A stretch of DNA of 64,000 bases from Myxococcota bacterium (lineage in GTDB: Bacteria > Myxococcota_A > UBA796 > UBA2385): assembly GCA_044344255.1 (NCBI GenBank), contig JBIJDH010000011.1:64001-128000 (forward strand), in the 5' to 3' direction. Below, piece after piece: positions 27,481-36,061 of this stretch. Made by a program: the position numbers and the translations under genes. The notes below the pieces were generated by a model that did not search any database, was not told the origin of the DNA, and worked only from the letters and a program-made list of their open reading frames with translations. Each line of letters opens with the position of its first letter. The first letter of the stretch is position 1.

Positions 27481-28983
27481 GTGACGCTCCAGCCCGAGGT
27501 GCAGACCCTGTGGCCCGGCCTGCTCTTTGACGGCCGGACGGGCCTGTCCTACGGCCTGTCCCCCGCCGTGGTGGAGCGCTGGCTCGGAGGTGAGGCGCCA
27601 GGCCCGCTCGTCCTCTCCCGCGCCGCCGCCCTCGGGATGATGGGTGGCATCGACATCCTCGCCTGTCGGGTGCTCCCGAACCCGGACGCGCTCCTGCTGC
27701 CGGCACGGCCGGCGCTGCTCCTCCCTCACCCCTTCGAGCAGGGCCCAGGTGGCCACGCGCGCCACCTCTGGCCGCTCTCACCCGCGGGGCTGGCCCTCTG
27801 GCGCGCCCCAGGCCCCACCCTGCGCGACCGCGCTCGACAGGCCCGACGGACGGAGGCGGAGGCCCTGTCCTTCGCGGCGAGGGCGGTCGGTGCGGGGGTC
27901 CAGGCCTGGCGCCTGCTCCCCCCTGGGCTGCGGGTGCCCTTTCGGCTGGTCACTCCGCCCCGGCCCGCCGCGCCCCGCCCCGCGGGCATGCTCTCAGCAG
28001 AAGGAGAGACCCAGCTCGGCGAGTGGCACCGCACGCTCGCGCACGGGGAGGGGCACTTCGACGAAGTGGAGACCACCCTCGCCTGGTCTTTCGGCCTCCC
28101 CCACCCCGCCCTCGGCGGACAGACCTATGGGGCACGCCTCGCGGGGGCCCTGTCCGAGCGGGGGCTGCTGCCGAGCAGGAGGCGGCGCCCGTCCGGCACG
28201 ATGGGGTCGCTGCAGATCGTGGAGATCGGCCCCGGCAGCGGGGAGGTCGCCCGCGCGCTGCTCGACCACCTCGGCCCCGACTGGGGGGGCCGCTACACCC
28301 GCGTCGAGGGGAGCCCGGGCCTGCGGGCGGTGCAGCGGGCCCTGCTCCCAGAGACCGATGAGCTCGCCGCCCTCGTGCCCCCCCTCGACCTGCCCGACGC
28401 TTCCGTCGATCTCCTGCTCGCCAACGAGGTCATCGCCGACCTCAGCAGCGCGCCTTGGGCGCCTGGCGAGGGGGGCCCGGTGGCCGAGTGGGTGGGGCGC
28501 TTCGGCCTCCACGTCCACCCCGGGCGGGCCTGGTACAACACCGGCTCCTTCGCGCTGCTGCTGGAGATCGGCCGCGTGCTCCGCCCGGGCGGGGCGGCGG
28601 TGCTCACGGAGTTCGGGGATGAGGAGGGCGCCCCCGAAGAGGCGGCTCACCTCGACCACGCCGAGGTGGGGATCTGCTGGGCGCACCTCGCCACCCTCGC
28701 CCGGGCGCTGGGGCTCGAGGCGACGCTCTGTCCGGTCGCCGAGCTGCTCCGAATGGACCTCGGCGCCCCCTGGCTGAGGCGAGGGCATTGGGCCTCGCTG
28801 CGGGCCCTCGCTCACCTCCACGGTCAGTCCCTCCCCGCTCGCGCCTGGACCCTGCGGTCCCTGCCCACCCCGCCTGAGCCCGTCGAGGGACTCGCAGAGG
28901 TCACCCTCCGGGAGCGGGGCGCCGGGCCCGACGTCGGGCGGTTCAGCGCCCTGATCCTCCGGCGATCGGCACTGAATCGCTGA
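27481..28983 (+). CDS. Class I SAM-dependent methyltransferase, MidA/NDUFAF7-like, with an N-terminal extension
   Basis: IVEIGPGSG (motif I), YTRVEGSPGLRAVQRALL and DLLLANEVIADL. GGAGGAG SD before GTG 27481. Confidence 0.78.
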   Translation: MTLQPEVQTLWPGLLFDGRTGLSYGLSPAVVERWLGGEAPGPLVLSRAAALGMMGGIDILACRVLPNPDALLLPARPALLLPHPFEQGPGGHARHLWPLSPAGLALWRAPGPTLRDRARQARRTEAEALSFAARAVGAGVQAWRLLPPGLRVPFRLVTPPRPAAPRPAGMLSAEGETQLGEWHRTLAHGEGHFDEVETTLAWSFGLPHPALGGQTYGARLAGALSERGLLPSRRRRPSGTMGSLQIVEIGPGSGEVARALLDHLGPDWGGRYTRVEGSPGLRAVQRALLPETDELAALVPPLDLPDASVDLLLANEVIADLSSAPWAPGEGGPVAEWVGRFGLHVHPGRAWYNTGSFALLLEIGRVLRPGGAAVLTEFGDEEGAPEEAAHLDHAEVGICWAHLATLARALGLEATLCPVAELLRMDLGAPWLRRGHWASLRALAHLHGQSLPARAWTLRSLPTPPEPVEGLAEVTLRERGAGPDVGRFSALILRRSALNR

Positions 28984-30793
28984 GCTCGGCGGGGTGTTCG
29001 GGGTCACCGAGGGGGTCCCATGCGGGGAGGTCCACCGCCGCGCCGATCGGCGGGGGTGTCCAGGACACCGAGCCCACCCCCACCATGCGCCGCCAGATGA
29101 AGTGCGAGTCGTCCACCGAGCGGTCGAAGGTGAAGCGCACGACGGCGGGGCGGCCATCGTCTGTGATCTCGACCACCTCGATCTCGTGGTCGGGGCGAGA
29201 GAAACGCTCCCCCACCCGGAAGGGCGTGTCATCCCGAAAGAGCTGCTCCGCGGTGCGAGCCAACCACCCCTCCGGCGAGCGCACGAGGAGCGTGCGGGCG
29301 TCGGGGCGCTCGACGTGGAGCGAGGCCGACGCAGTGGCCAGGAGCACCACGGCGCCGGGGGCCGGCTCTTGTTGGAGCGCTCGAATGACCGGCACGTAGG
29401 CGGTGGCGAACTCAATCCCGGAGAGCAGCACCACGGTCTGTCCGCGGACCGCCTCGGTGCGGGGGAGCGTAGACTCCACCCCCTCGGCCATCAGCCCGAA
29501 GGCCGGGAGCACCCAGAGCTTCCCGGCGAGGAGCGCGGCGGCGACGGGCAGGTGCAGGGTGAGGAGCGCTCGGTGGCCGCCCCCCACGCAGAGGGTGGCG
29601 ATGAGCCCGAAGGCCCCGATCCCCGAGAAGGTGAGCAGGCGGTCCATCGGGAAGGTCGCCGTCGGGGGCACGAGCGCGAGCAACATCCCGAGCGCGTAGA
29701 AGGCGGCGGTGGGGCGCCCGCGGAGCTCCGGCCAGACCCGGACCGCGAGGGTAGAGAGCAGGGCGATGAGCCCGATCGCGACGCCCCACTGCGCGGCGTC
29801 GGGGAGGTTCGTCGAGGGGGAGACCGGGAGCTGGAGCCACTGGGCGCCGAGGAGCCAGGCCCCGCGGAGGAGGGCCACCGGCGCGAATTTGAGGGGGTCG
29901 GCGCCGGGGTCGATGTAGAGGCCGGAGCCGTGGGCCCCCGCGCCCGTGGTCGCCCAGATCATCCGCCAGGCGACCGTGACCAGGGCATAGGGGAGGAGGG
30001 GCGCGAGGCGCCGTCGGTCCAGACAGACCTGATAGGAGAACAGATAGGCGCAGGTGGCGATGGCAGACTCGCCGGCGAAGAGCCCGAGCCCAAACGCGAG
30101 GACGCCGAGCACGGCGTACGGCCACCGCCCCGTCCGGCGCCAGCGGGCGTGCCCCAGGAGGGCGGCGGCGCCGAGCACCAGCGTGATGAGGCCGTTCCGG
30201 TTCGCGATCCAGCCCGCCGGGAGCGCGTGGGCGTCCTCCACGGCGAAGAGCAGGACGGCCAGCCCGGCCAAGGCGCCCGGGCCCTCGATCTCCCGATAGA
30301 GCCGGCCGACGACGAAGACCGCGAGGCCCAGCCAGAAGAGGCTGTGAAGGTGCTGCAGGACGGGAGATCCGGGCCACACGGCGTGATCGACCACATGCGT
30401 GAGCGAGGACAGGGGCCGGTAAAAGGCCATGTGGAGCTCGGGGTGGCTCCACCACGGGGTGATGCCGAGCGCCGCCATCGACGCCTTCACCTCGGGCTCG
30501 TTGGGGACGAAGAAGAAGAGCCGATCGAGGGGATCCCCTGCGCCGAGCGGGCTTCGCTCCTGCAGGACGAGCTGATGCACGAGGTCGTCGACCTGGAAGC
30601 CCGAGCCCACGATCGGCAGACAGAGCGCGACCGCGAGCAAGGGGGCGATCCAAACGACGGCCGACCGCGTGCAGAGGGCGATGAGGCGTTCGAACAGGGG
30701 GGGCTCCGTGGGCCGCAGCCTACCAGAGGGCGACGCGCAGAATTCACGCACGAGGGGGCTTGTGGAGCCGCTCCTCGCTCCGCTATGGTCCAT
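28943..30793 (-). CDS. Polytopic membrane protein, GT-C-like glycosyltransferase candidate
   Basis: GFQVDD after the first TM segment, FYRPLSSLT, WIANRN, GESA and about 10 hydrophobic helices. Start uncertain, probably nearer 30700. Confidence 0.7.
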   Translation of the reverse strand: MDHSGARSGSTSPLVREFCASPSGRLRPTEPPLFERLIALCTRSAVVWIAPLLAVALCLPIVGSGFQVDDLVHQLVLQERSPLGAGDPLDRLFFFVPNEPEVKASMAALGITPWWSHPELHMAFYRPLSSLTHVVDHAVWPGSPVLQHLHSLFWLGLAVFVVGRLYREIEGPGALAGLAVLLFAVEDAHALPAGWIANRNGLITLVLGAAALLGHARWRRTGRWPYAVLGVLAFGLGLFAGESAIATCAYLFSYQVCLDRRRLAPLLPYALVTVAWRMIWATTGAGAHGSGLYIDPGADPLKFAPVALLRGAWLLGAQWLQLPVSPSTNLPDAAQWGVAIGLIALLSTLAVRVWPELRGRPTAAFYALGMLLALVPPTATFPMDRLLTFSGIGAFGLIATLCVGGGHRALLTLHLPVAAALLAGKLWVLPAFGLMAEGVESTLPRTEAVRGQTVVLLSGIEFATAYVPVIRALQQEPAPGAVVLLATASASLHVERPDARTLLVRSPEGWLARTAEQLFRDDTPFRVGERFSRPDHEIEVVEITDDGRPAVVRFTFDRSVDDSHFIWRRMVGVGSVSWTPPPIGAAVDLPAWDPLGDPEHPAELSDSVPIAGGSGR

Positions 30794-30818
30794 CTTCACG
30801 GCTGATGGGGGTGGGAAG

Positions 30819-31742
30819 ATGGGGCTCTTGAGCTGGCTTCGCGGAGACAAGAGCAAGGAGAACGCACCGAAGGGTGAGGCTGCCGGCGGGAAGGGCGGGC
30901 GGATCTCCAACGGCGCGGTCAGCGACGCCCTCCGCCGCCTCGACGGCTCCCCCGCCTCCATCGCCGAGGCGCGCCGCGTGGTGGGCTCGACCCAGCTCTC
31001 GAACGCCGAGCGGGCCGAGGCCTATCGTCGGATCAACAGCTCGGTGACCTACCGCAACCAGCGCGACAACGGGTCCGACGGCGACGTCATGTGCAACATG
31101 ACGAGCATGGCGATGGCCTTCAACGGCCTCGGCATGGGCGCGGATGAGTCGAAGAGCGGCCAGTACGAGAACGTGCTCGACAAGAAGCGCTCAGGGCTCG
31201 GCTTGTCTCGGTACGACGAGAAGCAGCGCGAGTCCCTCGCCGAGGGGATGGGCCTCGACGCCATCACGCTGCGCACGCCCGCCTTCTCGGACGGCCCGTC
31301 CGCCAAGGCCTGGTACTTGGAGAATGTCTATCCCCGAATGGCCGCGGGCTCGACGGCCACCTTCGGCGTAGCCGGGGGCAACGGGAGCGGTGGCACCTTC
31401 CGGCACGTCATCCGCCTCGAGTGGGTCGAGGACAAGGGGCTGCGAATCGACGACCCCTTCGGCGCGGGCGTCCAAGCCGACGAAGCCGGGACCGCCGGTT
31501 ACACCAAGCTGAATGACAAGCAGGGGCAGGGCGGCGTGGGTGAGAACGGCCTGCTCACCTGGGAGCAGGTCGCCCGCTTGAACAAGAGCCGCTACGTCCA
31601 GCTCTACGCGGCGAAGGGGCAGCCGAAGGCCCCCCCAGCCGGCGCGAGCAAGGCGCCCCCCACCGGAGCGCCCGCGGCGCCGAGCCCATCTCCTTCGCGG
31701 CCGAGCGGCTCCAGCGGCCGTCGGTCCGGCCCCCGCCGATAG
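30819..31742 (+). CDS. C39-like (papain-fold) cysteine peptidase domain protein
   Basis: YRNQRDN...MCNMTSMAM (Gln, Cys), HVIRL (His) and RIDDPFG (Asp). Pro-rich C-tail. Start taken as ATG 30819. Confidence 0.75.
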   Translation: MGLLSWLRGDKSKENAPKGEAAGGKGGRISNGAVSDALRRLDGSPASIAEARRVVGSTQLSNAERAEAYRRINSSVTYRNQRDNGSDGDVMCNMTSMAMAFNGLGMGADESKSGQYENVLDKKRSGLGLSRYDEKQRESLAEGMGLDAITLRTPAFSDGPSAKAWYLENVYPRMAAGSTATFGVAGGNGSGGTFRHVIRLEWVEDKGLRIDDPFGAGVQADEAGTAGYTKLNDKQGQGGVGENGLLTWEQVARLNKSRYVQLYAAKGQPKAPPAGASKAPPTGAPAAPSPSPSRPSGSSGRRSGPRR

Positions 31743-31751
31743 GGCTCCGGA

Positions 31752-33134
31752 TCAGCCCCGACGACGCCGAGAGAGGGCGGTCGCGGCGCCGAGGCCGAGC
31801 AGGCCGAGCGCCATCGGGGCGCCGGAGGGCGACCCATCCATGCCGGGGGTCGTACAGCCGCAGCCACCCTTTCCGCTGTCGCCGTCCCCATCGCCCGCGC
31901 CGCCCGTGTAGCCACCGTCCGCGCCATCTGCGCCATCCGTCCCGTCCGTGCCCTCCCCGCTGTCCACACCTCCGTCCACGGTCTCGTCTCCGATGACCCC
32001 GTTACACTCGGCGACGCAGAGCCTGTCGTCGACGGTGTCGTCGGCGTAGCTGGTCACCCGCGGGGCCTGGATGTTCGACTCGTAGAACACGATCTCCTGG
32101 TCGGCCTGCTCGGGCGTGTAGCGCATCCGGAGGCGCGTGAGGTACCAGTCGTCATAGGTGCCCACGAAGCCGAGGCTCGCGACCTCCTCTTCGGTCAGGG
32201 AGACCGCGGTGCAGGGGTTGCAAGACCAGGCGTCGCCCGCGAATTCCGGGGTCCAACCAGCGTCGGCGACGCCGGTCCAGGCGGCGGTGAACTGCTCCTC
32301 ATAGAAGGCTCGGAAGTCGTCTTCTGCCGCGCCCCAGATGCAGCGGTCCTCCACCTCGAACTTCGGATAATTGGCGATCCCCACCTCTCCGCTGGCGCGG
32401 TCGGTGAGCGCGTAGACGATGAGGTCCTGCTCGCCGGGAGAATTGACCGTCGCGAGGCGGATGGGGATGGTGAAGGTCTCGGCGTCGTAAGAGACCGACA
32501 GGGGAGAGAGGGGCGTCCCGTCCGCCACGGCCGCGGCCTCGGCCACCTGCGCCGCGAAGAAGTAGAGGCCCTGGTCGATATACTCTTGGAGATAGGGCGT
32601 GGCCTCCTCGGGGACGTGGTAGCCGTTCGTATCCAGCCAGTCCTGGAGCTCGGAGGCCTCGGTCGCCGAGAGGATGACGATGTGGTACTCGCCGACGAGG
32701 TAGTCGCCCACCACATCGACATCCCCTTCTTCGGAGCCACCCTCTCCGCCATCGCCGTCCGTGCCGCCCGATGAAGCGCAGCCGGCGTCGTTGACGTGAC
32801 GCGGGGCGGTGAAGCCGTCGAGGCTCTTGAAGATGAGCGGGTCGAGGGTCTTGATCTCGTCGATGGTCGGGATCGCAGGGATGGGAAGCAGCAGGGCGAA
32901 GCTTTGGGGGTCGCCGTTCGGGTTGATGGAGACCGAGAAGGTGGTGCGGCCCCCTTGCCTCACCACCACCACCTGAGCGGTGTCGAAGCTCAGCGGAGAG
33001 GTGGTGCCCGTGGCGATGGTCGGGCAGGCCGCGGCGGGATGGGTGCTCGGGAGAGCGCTGAGGGCCACGAAGGCGGGGGCCACGAAGCCGAGGGCCACGA
33101 AGGCGAGGGGGAGGGCACGTCGGGTGGGTGTCAT
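31752..33134 (-). CDS. DUF2330-family protein with a MYXO-CTERM-type sorting tail
   Basis: FALLLPIP, VGEYHIVILSA...LQDWLDTNGY, YFFAAQV, IPIRL and YLTRLR. The tail is GGCGC...hydrophobic helix...RRRRG. Confidence 0.85.
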   Translation of the reverse strand: MTPTRRALPLAFVALGFVAPAFVALSALPSTHPAAACPTIATGTTSPLSFDTAQVVVVRQGGRTTFSVSINPNGDPQSFALLLPIPAIPTIDEIKTLDPLIFKSLDGFTAPRHVNDAGCASSGGTDGDGGEGGSEEGDVDVVGDYLVGEYHIVILSATEASELQDWLDTNGYHVPEEATPYLQEYIDQGLYFFAAQVAEAAAVADGTPLSPLSVSYDAETFTIPIRLATVNSPGEQDLIVYALTDRASGEVGIANYPKFEVEDRCIWGAAEDDFRAFYEEQFTAAWTGVADAGWTPEFAGDAWSCNPCTAVSLTEEEVASLGFVGTYDDWYLTRLRMRYTPEQADQEIVFYESNIQAPRVTSYADDTVDDRLCVAECNGVIGDETVDGGVDSGEGTDGTDGADGADGGYTGGAGDGDGDSGKGGCGCTTPGMDGSPSGAPMALGLLGLGAATALSRRRRG

Positions 33135-33279
33135 TCCCACACTCTAGCCGAGATGGCGCCGTGCGCTGCGGAGCTTCAGCGAAGAGCCAGCCGAAGGGGC
33201 CAAGGGATGTGGAAGATCAGCCCTGGACGCGGTGCGGGTCGCGCGCGGGCCCAGCCTCCCCTCGCGTTACGGCCGGGAC

Positions 33280-33897
33280 ATGGACCTCCTGATGCCCTCC
33301 TCGCTCGCCGACCCGCACCGCTGGGACGGCGTCCCCTTCTCGGAGAGCGCGGACCGTGGGCCGCGGGCCGGCGACCGTCGAGATTGTTTCACCCGCGAGG
33401 TCGGTCGAGAGCCGGAGGGGCCGCCCCTCGTCGATGGGCCCTATGCCCGAGCGCGGGCCGCCATCCTCCGGTACGACATCTTTCCGCCCGGGCTGATGAG
33501 GCCGCTGCTTCGGCGCACGCCGATCGCGGCGGGGGACACGGTCGCCCTGCGCTTCTGTGGCTTTCGAGCGGTACACCTCTTCTTCGCCGCGCGGGTCCTC
33601 GAGGTCTTCGACGGCGAGGTCTTCGACGGCGAGGTCTCGGGCGGGCCGCGCGCGACCGGTTGGCGGGCCGGCTTCACCTACCGCACCCTCGAAGGGCACC
33701 CCGAGCTCGGCGAGGAGACCTTCGCGGTCGAACGGGACCCCTCGGGCCGGGTGGTGGTCTCGCTGCGCTCCTGGAGCCGGGCGGGGATCCTCTTGACCCG
33801 GGTGTTCTATCCGGTGACTCGCTGGATCCAGGTGCGTGCCAATCAGGCGGCCCTGGACAACCTCGAGCTCCGAGCGAGATCGCCCATCCCCTCCTGA
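33280..33897 (+). CDS. DUF1990-family protein
   Basis: AGFTYRTLEGHPELGEETFAVE...SLRSWSR. Confidence 0.8.
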   Translation: MDLLMPSSLADPHRWDGVPFSESADRGPRAGDRRDCFTREVGREPEGPPLVDGPYARARAAILRYDIFPPGLMRPLLRRTPIAAGDTVALRFCGFRAVHLFFAARVLEVFDGEVFDGEVSGGPRATGWRAGFTYRTLEGHPELGEETFAVERDPSGRVVVSLRSWSRAGILLTRVFYPVTRWIQVRANQAALDNLELRARSPIPS

Positions 33898-33920
33898 AGC
33901 GGGGTTGAAGCGGGGTGCGC

Positions 33921-34394
33921 CTACCGAACGGGGTCAGACAGGAAACGGTCGAGGCCCTTGAGCGCCTGCCCCCTCACCTTGTTCTGGAGGAAGGAGGTCC
34001 AACCGAGGAGGTAGCCCGGCGCGCCGAGGGCCTGCTTGGACCAGGCGGAGAAGCTGAAGGTGTCGGTGTGCACAGAGATGAGGCCGTCCCTGAACTGGAA
34101 GCGGGCCTCGATGACGTTGTGGACAGGGCGCCCCGTCTGGCTGAAGGTGTACCAGGCCTCCCAGTGGGCGCGGCCCTCTTGTTCATCCGCCTGGATCGCC
34201 GACGCCTCGACCCGCAGGTCTGCCGCGCGGCCACAGAGCATCGACCACATGCCGCGGGCTCGGTCACCGTGGAGCTCACCGAAGGCGGGGTCCGTGAAGG
34301 TCACCTCGGGGCAGTAGCAGGCGCCCATCCCCGCGGCGTCGCGGGCGCTGAAGGCTGCATAGAAGCGGGTGATGAGGGCGGCGTTGGGGTGCAT
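33921..34394 (-). CDS. NTF2-like / SnoaL-like protein
   Basis: MHPNAALITRFYAAFSARDAAGMGACYCPEVTFTDPAFG...MWSML...HWEAWYTFSQTGRPVHN...HTDTF. Confidence 0.9.
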   Translation of the reverse strand: MHPNAALITRFYAAFSARDAAGMGACYCPEVTFTDPAFGELHGDRARGMWSMLCGRAADLRVEASAIQADEQEGRAHWEAWYTFSQTGRPVHNVIEARFQFRDGLISVHTDTFSFSAWSKQALGAPGYLLGWTSFLQNKVRGQALKGLDRFLSDPVR

Positions 34395-34545
34395 TGGGGA
34401 GAGGTAGCACCGGGCGAGCGGTGTGACCAGCGGGAGGGCCGCTTTGCGGCTGTGCGGAGCGCGGTTATCCGACCCGGGGCGCCGTCCGACTCTCCGGCCG
34501 CTGCTCCGGGGGGCACCCCCCTGAAACCCTCGCCTGAGGTGATTC

Positions 34546-34599
34546 ATGAAGATCAAGAGCTCGGTCCGCGCTGGCGGCCTCAGCATCCGTCGCCTCTGA
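34546..34599 (+). CDS. 17-aa peptide MKIKSSVRAGGLSIRRL, candidate RiPP-type precursor (below the ORF-track cutoff)
   Basis: SD GAGGTGAT at 34536-34543 (8-nt anti-SD match). Host-like codons (AAG ATC AAG AGC TCG GTC CGC). A strong hairpin follows the stop, and the JmjC gene is co-oriented downstream. Confidence 0.75.
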   Translation: MKIKSSVRAGGLSIRRL

Positions 34600-34605
34600 C
34601 CCCCC

Positions 34606-34635
34606 GGGGCGGCCCTCCGCGAGGGGGGCCGCCCC
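34606..34635 (+). terminator. 13-bp GC stem with a GCGA (GNRA) tetraloop immediately after the peptide gene
   Basis: GGGGCGGCCCTCC-GCGA-GGGGGGCCGCCCC (one G-U pair). No U-tract, so it is more likely a stabilising or attenuating stem than a strong terminator. Confidence 0.7.
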
Positions 34636-34710
34636 ACCCCCTCTGCCCCCTACCAGACCGGCCCGCTCCCGACCCGACGGAGCTTGAGCGTCGGCCGAGC
34701 GGTGAGACGG

Positions 34711-36003
34711 ATGGAACCCTCCCTCGTTCATTTCCCCGAGGCGCTGCTCGACGAGCTCGCCACCGCCTGCTGGGGTCGGCGCCCCGCGGTCTGGCGCCGC
34801 CCGGCCCGAGCGCCGCTCGTCACCGCCGCGGACGCGCTCCGGGTCCTCCACACCCTCACCGTGAGGCTGGAAGAGCGCGGGGATCAACGAATTCAACCTC
34901 GCCTCTTCCTGAACGGAAAAAATCGGGGCTTCGACCTCTCCCGCCACGCCGCCCGCCCCTCCGATCGCAGCATCGCGGCCTACGCGCGTCGCCTCAAGCG
35001 CAATCTGGGCGGGGGAGAGTTCGGCTTCGTCCTGGAAGACGTGCCCGCCCTCGACACCGCGCTCTGGTTTCGCCTCCAGTCCCTCATCCGTCGCCTCTCC
35101 CAGCGGGTGGGGGTGCCCGCCGGTGGCGCCCACTCCGAGATCTTCTTCGGGGACTATTCGAGCTCTCCCTTCCGCTTGCACAAAGACAGCCTCGAGACCC
35201 TCACTTGGGTCCTCCACGGGCGAAAGCGGCTGCTCGTCTGGCCCTACGAGGTCTTCGCAGGCGTGGAGGGGGTCCCCGACGGGGCAGCCCGCACCCAGCA
35301 CACCCTCGAGGGCTTGGACTGGGAGCCCTACCGCGACCAGGCGACCGTGCTCGAGGGTGGGCCCGGTGACGTCTTCTTCTGGCCGGCCTCCGCCTGGCAC
35401 GTCGCGGAGTCTGTGGACGGTCGGCCCGTGCTCACCCTCACCCTCGCGCTCGCCCCCGGGGCGACCCACGCGCCTGGCGCGCCCTTCCGGCTCCTCGAAG
35501 AGGCGTTGACCGAGCTCTTCGACCAGGGCTTCTCTCCCGAGGACCCCTCCGCGCCTCCCCCGGACACCGCGGGGGCCACTGAGGCGCTGCTCGGCGCCCT
35601 CTCCGCGCGCGCGGCCGCCTTGCTGGTCGATCCCGCCGTGCAGGCCGGCCTCCGCGACAAGGGCCTCTCCTACCTCTCCGCGGGCGGCTTCGTCCGCTGG
35701 CCGGACCAGGATGAGCTCCCCGCGCTCGAGGATGACGACCGGCTCGACTGGACCGCGCCCATCCTCCACGGGGAGCCCGACGAGGGGGGCTTCTCCTGCG
35801 CGGTCAACGGCATCGTGCTCAGCGCCACCCCGTCCTACCTGCCGCTGATTGACCGACTCAACGCCCGCGGCGCGTGGCGGGTGGGGGAGCTGCTCGACGC
35901 CTGCTCGGGCGCCGAGGGCCTCCCAGAGCGGGAGGAGCTGCGCGAGGCCCTCCAGCAGCTCGGGGCCGCCCGCGCCTTCTCCCGAGGGCCCCGCGCGCCC
36001 TGA
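34711..36003 (+). CDS. JmjC/cupin Fe(II)/2-oxoglutarate oxygenase (YcfD/ROXA-like architecture) with a C-terminal winged-helix-like domain
   Basis: FRLHKD (HxD), VLHGRKR (2OG-binding Lys) and GPGDVFFWPASAWHVAES (distal His). The C-terminus has beta strands followed by helices. Confidence 0.88.
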   Translation: MEPSLVHFPEALLDELATACWGRRPAVWRRPARAPLVTAADALRVLHTLTVRLEERGDQRIQPRLFLNGKNRGFDLSRHAARPSDRSIAAYARRLKRNLGGGEFGFVLEDVPALDTALWFRLQSLIRRLSQRVGVPAGGAHSEIFFGDYSSSPFRLHKDSLETLTWVLHGRKRLLVWPYEVFAGVEGVPDGAARTQHTLEGLDWEPYRDQATVLEGGPGDVFFWPASAWHVAESVDGRPVLTLTLALAPGATHAPGAPFRLLEEALTELFDQGFSPEDPSAPPPDTAGATEALLGALSARAAALLVDPAVQAGLRDKGLSYLSAGGFVRWPDQDELPALEDDDRLDWTAPILHGEPDEGGFSCAVNGIVLSATPSYLPLIDRLNARGAWRVGELLDACSGAEGLPEREELREALQQLGAARAFSRGPRAP

Positions 36004-36061
36004 CGATGGCCCGCGCGGCCACTCGCGAGGCGGACCCAGATGTCGTGGATCGGGGCCGTGC

